Positions 9,066 to 19,316 of a stretch of 64,000 nt of DNA are shown here, piece after piece (positions within the stretch are counted from its first letter, which is position 1; each line of letters starts with the position of its first letter). Origin of the DNA: Rhizophagus irregularis (Eukaryota); contig NC_089430.1 of NCBI RefSeq assembly GCF_026210795.1, forward strand, positions 4,960,001 to 5,024,000, in the 5' to 3' direction. The notes beneath the pieces are model-generated. The model saw only the letters and a program-made list of their open reading frames with translations, did no database searches and was not told where the DNA came from. Position numbers and translations under genes: made by a program.

Positions 9066-10918
9066 TCATGTCCAGATAACCTTGCTCGCATTTTTCACAT
9101 GGCAGTATCCCGCGGTTTCAAACTTGAAAGTCTTTAGAGTCGTATCTGCATTCTCTGAACAAGTGAAAAGTGCGGGGCTATCTGGCTGCTCTTCTAAAAT
9201 AAATCCGTCTGTATGGATACGTCGTACTTTATCCTTGTATGGTTGAATTGCCTCAGATGTGATTTTGCGACCACGTGCTAATAAGAATGGGGCGATCCTG
9301 GGATACTCACCTTTGAAGGGATTACCCGGGTTTGTAAACTGGAATCGCCACTGGTCAGATCCTACTGGTATGATAGAGTCGAGTGTATGGCCCTCTGGAA
9401 ATGTAAACGGGTCTGTTTGATCTGTGGTGAGTGTCTTGTAATTACGCTTCCTCTGGCATAATGCTCTCCATAATGTGTTGAGAACTCGCTTTGCCACGCG
9501 GCCAGCTACGCCACCCTGGTTTTTAATTTTGAAGAGGAAGTGTACATACTCACCGAATATTACAGTTCCAGGGATTCTCGCTTCTCTATCATATATCAAT
9601 GCATTTGGCTTCCCATTCTGTATTAACTGTATATTGAGACCAAGTTTTTTTGCTCGTTGTAAGTCGATGAATGTATAGATTCCCCTTTTATTCTGTCAGA
9701 AGAGAATATTATTCCCACTTACCTTGGCACGGAATAATCCATACAAGGCATAACCCCTGTGGTCAACAAAGTCTTAAGTGTCTGGAATTTACCCCGTCTG
9801 ATTGGAAAGTTTGCATTCGATTGTTGAATACTCGGGTATAAACTTGTTGCGTCGTACTGTCTTCCATAGCCCTTCCACTCGTTATCTGCCCAGATTAATC
9901 CTCCCATCATTGCATCACTTAACCACTCTGCTTCTATCGGGTCAAGAGGATCATTGGCTGGAATCCCTACACTTAATCGTTCGAATAACCAGAGAGCCGT
10001 TCTTTTGTAAGACCAGTTATGGTATGATAAGTCGATTCCTAAACTGAACTTCTTTGTAGTTTGTAAGAAGACATCCCGCTCCTCGTGGATTCTCTGATAT
10101 GCTTCTTCAAGAGTTTCATATATTCCCGTTTTACGGTTTTTCTCAACAGAGATAAAGGAACTCTTGGAATTCTTAGTTTTTTTAAACTGCGCAATTGTAC
10201 AAGACTTAACCGTTTTGCCGTTGTATATTGTGACTACATTATTGGTCCCATCTTCATAGTATACGATGGGTAAATTACGCTTTCTATCTATTTTACTGGG
10301 GTGGAGTCTTCCGGGATTTAACGCGAGGGAGTAATGGCCTTCTGATAGGATGAGTGTTACACATCTATCGGACTTACTCTTAGAGATTTGGGTAATGTCC
10401 CCCACAATATTAATTGCGAGACTTCCTGCGAGTTGTTCAACCTTGTCCATGCATGAAACTGGGATGGGAGCATCGCGATTGAGACCTAATGCCTTTTTGA
10501 TATACTCGGGCTTTTCGATTGACTTTGGCATTTTAGAGAATGTGCCGTAAATATTTTTTAGGCATTCATACAGGCAATCATTTAGCTCCCCATTGCATCC
10601 TCCTGCGGCCGGTGGACTATCTCTTGCATAAATTATGAATCGTTCAAAATAATCAGGGTCTGCGTCATCCGGTAGTTGTGCTTCATCATAATGGTCTAAT
10701 AGTGAAAAGAGGCTGGCTGGTTGGTTTCCTGATGTCCATCCACTGGGTTTCCAGTTTTCATAGGGAAGTAGGATCTGGAACTTTCTATCTGGAAATCGCG
10801 TCTGGAGAGTCTGACCGAGTCTGGCGATAGCTCCTCTGGAAAAGCGAGCACCGGAATACTGAAGTTCCTTGATGTCAGGTCGTGTTGGTAAAGTGCGGGC
10901 AATTCTTGAGTATTGCAT
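9066..10918 (-). pseudogene. polB: Family B DNA polymerase, protein-primed (Polinton) type, with N-terminal OTU-like domain; frameshift ~9775 and TGA at 9696-9698
   Basis: GG..YDATSLYPS..FP..G (motif A); YTFIDLQRAKKLGLNI in bridging frame; AKRVLNTLWR (motif B-like); RIHTDGF (motif C variant); NDCLYECL...EGHYSL. Confidence 0.85.
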
Positions 10919-11002
10919 TTTTATGTATATGATTTGTCTTCAACTATAAATAATATCTTTCTATATATATACGAAAAAAAAAGAAATAATCTCAAATAGC
11001 GC

Positions 11003-14000
11003 TTACAATATGTCGTTGATAGCGCCCTCAGTATCCTCTTCGTCCCAGTCATCGATGATTCCATTGGCAGCCTCCCATTCACGTTCCATATTGGTTTTTG
11101 GACGTTCCTCGGGGATCTCTCGCGCTTTACCCTTATCTGCCCTCATAGTTTCATAACCAGAGGGGGTGGGAATAATCTCGGCATTACGATTCTCCTTGTA
11201 TATTCTTATTAAATCTGCGAGTTCTTTACGGCTAGGTATTTTAGGTAAGTATCCATTATATTCAATCCAGTCCTTGAAGCGGTTTACTACCTCCATAAGG
11301 TAGTACTGGTACTCGTCCTCAATACGCGTTGTGGGACATTCCTCTATTTCAAACGCGAGTATTTCCCAGTCATATTCGTCTGACGCGTCTTGGTACTTGG
11401 CCCATAATTCCTTACCTGTATTGTAGAGATCATTGAAGACCTGGTCCTTTAAATTTTTAACCCATGGTTTGCGATCCCATCGGTGTCTTTCTTGCCAAGC
11501 CCAGTGCGCTTGAGTGCCTTCCTTTGGTTCAGGATCCCGGTCAACTTCTGGTTCTATGTCGGGTTCTGGGATAAATTGCTCTTCAGAAGCCGGTTCTGGG
11601 TCAGGCTTAGTGACAGATGCAGAAGATTCTGCGGGAGATTCGGATTGTTGTTCAGGAGTTGGGTCCATGGTTGTAGAATCCGAGTCTGATAATAAGTCGT
11701 CTAAGATGTCATAGTTATCTGGCTCGGGGGTAGACGGTTTTTCAGGAACTAAAACCTCAGCAGATTCCTCGTCAGATAGATAACAGTCTGAGAAGTTATC
11801 TATAGGTTCATCGGTGTTTGACTCACTAGTATCTTCATCGGGATCCGGTTGTTCTTCCCTTAACTCTTGTGGACGTTCTTTTAAGTGGTCAGGCTTGGGT
11901 GAAAGTGGTGGAGGAGTTTTGCGAATTACAGGTTCGGGTTTTTCCTCAACGGGTTTGGGTTTTTTCTCAGCGGGTTTTTCCTCAGCAGGTTCGAGTTTTT
12001 TCTCAGCGGGTTTTTCCTCAGCGGGTTTCTCTTGTATATCTTGTGAATTGTTAGCTGGATTATATATATTTGCCAAGAACTTATCCAAGGCATTGGGGTC
12101 TGATGCGGGTTTCTTAGAAGTCTCTATATCAATTCCTTCTATGTCTATCTCGTCTGTTTCGTGGATCCAGTTTTTGCCGAGGTATTTCTTGTAAAGATCC
12201 TCCCTGGATATGCTGTAAACCCGTGGTGTCTTTCCACCCTTGCGTACTACTTTGCTATTTATACCCAACTCATTTGATAGGATTCTAGAAGCGTTTATCT
12301 TTGATAGAGGTGAAATGCAATGAGTTTCACAATATGAAGTATATACCCTATAAAATTCTTGAACAGGTAGGTCGGTCATATAATTTTTCACTACGAGGTA
12401 AGTGTCCTTTATAAATTGGAATAGCGGTGGAAGAGTCGAGATGATATGTTCCTGTTTGGATGTTGTCATAGGTGGCGGATTTCCATTGAAGTCCGGGTAA
12501 GCATCCGCGATGGCTCTCAAATAAGCATAGAACGCCTCACTGGCGCCTGGGTATTTCATAGCGTCACCGAGTTTTTTGAAGTAGTTGAGGTCTCCCTTGC
12601 GGGATGGTGACACATCCAAGAACACTGTGCGCCTATCATCGTTCTCCACTCTGAGAGCATTTTCGTTGGTTAGGACGATAGTTGACATAAAGTTTTTGTA
12701 ATGTGTTGGCGTCTTGTATTTTTCATGGATTTCTATTATGTCACTCGTTACCTTATCCTTTAAAGAGCGATACAGATTATTCCACTGGCTTTTTTCCGTG
12801 GGCATTTCCTCGAGGAGAAGAAGAACCTTACCCTGTAATTGCCCATTGAAACTTCCAAGAATCGTTTGAGGATCGCTGGTCTTATAAACGAGTTGAGTGC
12901 CTAGGACGCTGCGCTGAATGAAATCTGTTATAATACCTTTGCCCCAACCCTGTCCAGATTTCAGGTAAAGGATCGAGTACATCTTCCTTCCAGCAGATAC
13001 ACCGGCTAACCACTTGATGATATACTCAGTGAGATTCCAATCACCCGAACACCAGATATCCTGAATGTGAGAGAAGATAAATTTAACCGCGAGGTGAATT
13101 GTAGACTCAAAGGTAGATATCGGACGTAAGACGTGGAGGAATCCCGGGAAGATATTTAGATAGAGTTGGCCGGTTAAGCATCTGAAGATTCGCTGTTTAT
13201 GGGGATCACAGGTTGCATTACATACATCGGTATTCTCGACCATAAACCACTTGTAGATGTTGAACTCGGTCTTTTGAGAGGGTCCTTGTTCAGGTTGTGT
13301 GTAGAATGCCTTCGTGATTGGACGGATAAGTTTACCAATATTTTTGTCAATAACGTTGTAAACGGTCGAATATTAAGCACGAAAAGATGATAAAATCCAA
13401 TCACCAAATGTAATTGCCAAATATTAAGAACGAACAAATTGATTATGAATTGGCGTAGATGGATAAATAATTAGCCGAAAAGGATAAACATTTAGGAAGA
13501 GTAATGATCTACATGATGTAATATTTATCAAATGATTGACAAAGAACCAATAGGATAAATAGAGTCGATCAATTGCGGCTTAGCGATCTTTAACAATAAG
13601 AACGATAAGAAAGAATAATTATAAGCCACAAAAGATAGATTATAAGCAAAACACATAAAGCGAATTAAAAGAACATATAAAATAATGTCAGAAAGATTAA
13701 AGAACACAAAATAATGTAAAAGATAATATAAAAAGATAGTATAAAGATGGAACGTAAAAGATAATATATTAAAAAGAACATATATAAAAAGATAGCATAT
13801 TAAAAGATAGCATATTAAAAGATAGCGTATTTAAAATATAGATAGTATATTAGAAAGATAATTCAAAGATAATATGTAAAAAGAACATAAAAGATAGTAT
13901 ATAGATAGAATAGAAAGTAGCATAAAAATTGTATATATAGAGAGCGGAATTCAAGGTAATTCCATAGTTCTCATCCACAGAACTCAATAAAAATATAAGT

Positions 14001-14661
14001 TTTATTTTTTTAATTATTTGTTAGTAAAGTTTAATGTTAATTAAGGGTAATAGGTTCGCCCTAAACTTTAATTAATGTTTGCTTAATTAATTTTAATTGA
14101 ATAAATGGAAATTTTAAGGTGAATTAAATATACACTTTTGGAAAGTAATAATTCGTAGTGAGAGCTATCAAAGTTTGAAATTAAAGGTAAAAGTGGATAT
14201 AATTTGGGGAAAATTTAGAGAAGTTAAATTTTATTTTATTTCGTTCGACATTTTATATTACTAACGTTATCTATGTCGTGAACCAAGAATGTTGTATGTT
14301 GTTCGTTGATTATGTTGTTTGTTAATTATGTCGTTGATTATTTGCTTGTTCGTTTAATTGTTCGTTCGTTCGTTTATTCATTCGTTCGACCATGGGAATG
14401 CCCGTTCGATGTGGCAACTCTGTAAATTGATGACAGAGGGAATTGGGGGATCTCAACGTGTTTCAAACTTTTACTATCCGGGTCCCACCAGAAAACCCCA
14501 TGAGGATCTGCACAGAGAATGAAATAACTGCAAAGATACCTCTTGGCTTGATCGAGATCATTCATACTCTTTGCAGCGACAATAAACCGTTTAAGCTCAT
14601 AGATACTGAAGGCTTTCGTTTGTTCACCGAACTTGGGGATAACTTGAGCTTGAGTGGTCAT
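11003..14661 (-). pseudogene. SF3 helicase (DUF5906/NrS-1/D5-like) with long acidic Pro/Glu-rich tail; interrupted by a solo LTR
   Basis: Walker A SGQGWGKG, FNGQL, Walker B LLLLEEM, motif C IVLTN, DDRR; removing 13357-14459 restores ...SLKHVIDKNIGK... joining the 14661 start to the 746-aa ORF. Confidence 0.88.
13357..14455. mobile_element. Solo LTR-like insertion (1099 bp, TG...CA) with ACGT target-site duplication
   Basis: acgt|TGTAAACG...GGATCTCA|acgt; AT-rich and non-coding; excision restores the helicase reading frame. Confidence 0.85.
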
Positions 14662-14859
14662 TTTTTGTTCTATCAAATCGAGTACTAATTTATAGTTACC
14701 TAATCTTCAATTGCCAAATATATTTTTTCCAAAGATCCGCGCTCCTACCCGGTTACCCTCCTGTGGTTCTACAGTCCTTCTAGGGGTTATTAACCTATCT
14801 CTTTACTCGATTTGCTATCTCACTGCCTCCAATAAGAAAACGAACGGAATCCTGAATCA

Positions 14860-15076
14860 GTTTCAGATGTTTCAGAAGTTTCGGATCTGGGGGGGTAAAA
14901 TCAAAACTTTTTCTGGGAGGGTTGTCCTCGCCTGACTTTTACCAAAATTGCCGAAACATCTGAAACATCGAAACACCCTCTCTGATTCTCTCTTATTTTC
15001 CTCTCTTTTCCCTTATTTTATCCTTTTTTGCTTATATTGTTATGTTTCAGATCTTGTTTCATATTGTTTCAGATGT
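14860..15076. repeat. Three clusters of GTTTCAGAT-like iterons in alternating orientation; putative origin or terminal region
   Basis: gtttcagatgtttcagaagtttcggat (14860-14886), ccgaaacatctgaaacatcgaaaca (14951-14975), tgtttcagatcttgtttcatattgtttcagatgt (15043-15076). Confidence 0.7.
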
Positions 15077-15467
15077 ATAGGAATTCCCCGCCTCACGGAG
15101 GAGGGATGTAAGTACTGCGAGGCCGTGAGGCCGAGGTGGCGGAATGCAGTGACGACACTACCAGCCCGACGACAATGTAATGTGTCTCCAGCAAATTAAA
15201 ATGTAACACGATGCTAACGAATTTGTTATATAAATGTAATGTGTCAATTGAAAAAATTTCACTAAATGTAATGATATAATGTGAAAAAAAAAATTCCACT
15301 AAATGTAATGATATAATGTGAAAAAAAAATACATAAATATTCATAATATATTATTCCCTCACTCTCCTTTCTTCCAATTTCTCTCTTCATTTACGAACAA
15401 GTAAATATTAAAAATATAAATTTTAATATTAAAATATGAATAATTAACAATTATTTTTTCCAATAGG

Positions 15468-17285
15468 ATGTCACAATTCAAAAAAGAATTAAGCAAAAAA
15501 ACTGTTCAAAAAAAAGATCGTACACAAACTAATACACTTTGTTCATATGAACGCAGTGATATTCAAGGAACTTACTCGACTATTTCAACTAATTTTGGTT
15601 TACAACATATCGCTCTCCAACCTGCACCGCAATTTCCATTTGGATTGTATGGGGGTCATTTGCGCCCGCACCACTATTACAAACACCATATTATTATCCT
15701 ATATATGGACAGGTTCCTCCTCAAACGAATTTGACTAATTTGAGTGCAACTCCCACAAAAAGTTAGTGATATTCATTATTTAATATTGTTATTAAGGTGT
15801 TTTTAGTTTACATTAATCAGCAAATTGTAATAATGTAGAAATATTGAAACGAAAATGTTCTGATAGTATGCGCAACGTGACAAAACAAAAAAAAGTTGAA
15901 GTAATTGAAGTTGAAGATGACATTGATAACGAAGAAGTTTCTGATTTACCTTGTAAGTAAAGTAAACAACAAGTTAAATTACTTTTTATAAATATAATTA
16001 TTTTAAATAACTCTTATTTTATATTAGCAATTGATTTCTTGTTGCATTGTTTGGATTTACATGTTGCAAAAGATCCAACTGTTAGGGAAATAATCGCAGG
16101 TCATTTTTTCGTAGTTCTACAGGAACTAGAAGCATTCGTTGAGATTTATAATGATGATGAATTAAGTGACTTAGAAATAGCTTCTTTGTAAGTTCAGCCA
16201 TTGTTATTTAACAAAATATCTTTTATAATTAATAAATCATCAAATTAATTTTTTTTTTTACAATTAGAATGGAATTAATTTCTCGTACAAAACCTTTGTA
16301 AGTTATATTAATATTTAATTTTATCTAAATTAATTACTAATTAATGTCTTGAATAATTATATAGTAATGATGAAGAAAAAGTGCTACAAGTAGCTGGCTA
16401 CAGGCTGCCACCAATTTTTTTTACCTCTGCAAATAAATTTCCCTATAGTGAACGAACATTGGCCATTCCACCAGATGTTCTATACTGTCAAAGTAATGAT
16501 AAATACTATACTCAAGATGAAATTGCAGAATATTTGAAGAATTCCGATCATGTAAGTTGTGATAAATCTTTATTTATTATCCACTAATTATTATTTATTA
16601 ATTATTTCTTAATTTTTAGAATTATGATTGGATTATTAATGAGTTAATAAATAAATTGCACGCTCTCTATATCAGAGTGCGTAATTTGGACAATAATAAA
16701 GCCATGCTACAAGATTTTGTAAAAATTATGCTGCCCTCAATTGCGGAATATATTCACATAATTGATAAACTTGTAGTGCATGTTAGAAAATTGTTTATTG
16801 ATTGGAGAAATAAGCTTTGGATCACTCTCCTTAACAAATATAAAGAATTGGGTAATAGGTTGGTATTATTTTATGTATTTATTTGTTATTATATTCAAAT
16901 TTTTACTTGATAATTAATTGATTTTGATTTATTTTATAGTTATAATAAGTCATTAAGAAAATTATCAGCTATTCAAATTGCTAATATGATGAGCGTGGAA
17001 GATATAAGGAAAATCTGGAAACAATGGTGTTGTAATATTGATGAAGCAGCTTTGGAAGCTGCTATGGAATCATTGCGTGATGTTTGTGCTATGGGATTTA
17101 GAGCTATCGACGTTGAGGAGAGCTTGAATAAAGCTCATGATAGATTTTTATGTCTTTATAACGATTTATTTACTGTGAATTTGTCTATTACTACCCGTTA
17201 TAATATAGCAACTTCAATGGATCTATTAGTCTATTATTTTGAAGAATTTAAACGCAAAAGTTCAAAAAAGAATTCATTATTTTAA
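15468..17285 (+). pseudogene. Multi-exon accessory gene of the transposon, unknown function
   Basis: Series of same-strand ORF pieces separated by short AT-rich GT..AG introns. Confidence 0.5.
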
Positions 17286-17628
17286 CATTAATATTATATG
17301 CAGTTAATTATTTTCTAAGAATCAGCAGTAGCATAATATTAATTATTTTGAAAATGTAGATATGTAGTATATAGTTTAATCATAGCTTATATACATTTTT
17401 TTGCATTTTTGTTTCAGTTATATTTTGCTATTGAAAAGTTATATGTAAAGTTTATGCAAAGTCTAAATATATGTGGATTGTGTTGATTGGAAAAGTTTAA
17501 AAATAGGTTTTTTTATTTAAAATTGAGACGCGTCCAATATATAAAGGTTACGATAAGTTTACGCCAGACAATTTTTCTTTCTCAACTCGATCACTACCAA
17601 AAAAATTCTTAAATTATTTTATTAAAAA

Positions 17629-19054
17629 ATGTTACCAAAAAATCCCAAGAATAAACCTAAACCTTCACGAGTTTCCAATGGAAATAAAAAAAAATGAGGT
17701 ATGTGCTCAACTTTATCTTAGTCGGGTGGCAGTAGTATATTATATTAACATCAGTCAACGAATATTTTATAAAGGACGACCTCTAGGCAGTAAAAATACA
17801 ATTACCGTTTCAGAAGTATCTACACCTATTTGAAAAGCTAGTTCTTCAGTTAATGAAAAGAAAAACAATAAGAAAAAAGTAACATCTAGAAATACGTACG
17901 AAGTTTCTAGAAAAATGCCTGAAATTCCTGCATTTACGCTTCAGGTTCCTAGAAGTATGCTTGAAGAATCAGCTGTTAACGATAAAGATGATGATGATGA
18001 CAATGAAGACAGAGACGATGAAGATGTAGATGATGAAGTAGGTGATTTTGAAAGTGAAGACAGAGATGTAGATGATTTCTTGCAAGGTAACAAAAAACAA
18101 TTCAAATTTATTTAGTAATATGATTACAATAATTAAAAAGGCATATTTCTTTAAGCTTTGTCAAACATAGGAAATCAAACAAATGAACTGAACATGAGGG
18201 AACAAGTAAATGAATCAAATACAATAACTAATATCGATTCATTGAACAATTTGCCAGAAGTGGCAAATAAAACAAATGTAACAACACAATTAGATGGATT
18301 GAATGCCTTAGATATTTGTAACTGGCTAGTTCGTCATCCATATATACTTGATCTCGCCAACAAAATGTTATCTGCAAAAACATCTCATGATGAAACGAAC
18401 GTGAATAATAGCAGCAGTAGTTTCTCATCCTCCAATGAAGTCAGTATAATTTTATTTCTAAAATTTTATTTCTAACAAGTACATTATTTACAATAAATAC
18501 TGTAATGAATTATTTGTTTGCTTAAAATACAGAACAAATCACGACTTTGGGATGAAGAACTAAAGTGTTTATTCCTTCATCAGCGTGACCCTTCCGGTGC
18601 TATCTTGGATAGCTTTATTAGATTAGTCTGTGGGTACAAACCATATACTGAAGAAGCAAAATCTATTATGCGAGTCTCTCGCAAAAGATTGGGAGATTAT
18701 AGGAACAAACTCAATACAAGTATAGCTAAATTAGTTCAGGAGTTTAAAGAATTAAAACAAAAAGAACAGCAACGCGTACCGGCATTACCGTCTCAAAGTT
18801 CTATCAATTAATATATTGATGAAGCAGTAGTCACAAAAAAAATATTGCAACGTTATATTGCATCAACAAATGAAGCTGAACTTAAACGTAATGGATCATT
18901 TATTAAACTTGTTCAATTTATTCGTGAATGCTTCAAGATTCATTATAGGAATAAGGATGTCAAAAAAGTAAAGGAATTAGATGCTTTAACTAAAGATTTA
19001 TTTATACCACCACGTAGTGGATGCAATTTGGCTAGTTCTTTAGTACTTGAATAA
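17629..19054 (+). pseudogene. Second accessory gene of the transposon (AT-hook-like GRP motif, acidic tract), with premature stops
   Basis: KGRPLGSKN near 17772; D/E-rich exon; in-frame TAA at 18809-18811 between ORFs 18518 and 18845. Confidence 0.5.
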
Positions 19055-19316
19055 ATTAATTAACTGAAAATAATTTTATTAATTTTATGTATTAAAAATC
19101 ACATTTATTTTTCATATTTAGTAAAGTCTAATAAAGTTTAATACTTTTTACAATAAAGTCGCGTTTATTTTTCACACTTAATAAAGTATAATAAAGTTTA
19201 ATACTTTTAATATAAAATCTCATTTTTTTTTTACAAATTTAAGAACTTGCACTTATTTTTCACACATCTAAAGTCCTTAATTTTTATGTCTCATTCCCAA
19301 GTTCAAATTCTTTAAT

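Larger units (their letters stand above)
1..15160. mobile_element. Maverick/Polinton-like large DNA element carrying a Gag-protease module; left end outside window, right boundary approximate; this copy inactivated
   Basis: Visibly GC-richer than flanks; intron-less, closely packed ORFs for rve integrase with chromodomain, A32-like ATPase, PolB and SF3 helicase; composition drops to AT-rich near 15.2 kb. Confidence 0.88.

Noticed and set aside
716..12194. Antisense or alternate-frame ORFs such as 716-1315, 1823-2263, 4398-4781, 11814-12194
   Set aside because: They overlap motif-bearing genes on the other strand and have no recognisable features
1..15160. Bacterial prophage, endosymbiont or contaminant origin of the GC-richer block
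   Set aside because: Chromodomain integrase, F-box, Gag and a nested solo LTR indicate a eukaryotic integrated element
14711..15344. Small ORFs in the terminal region of the element
   Set aside because: They cross iteron and subterminal repeats, are short and lack motifs
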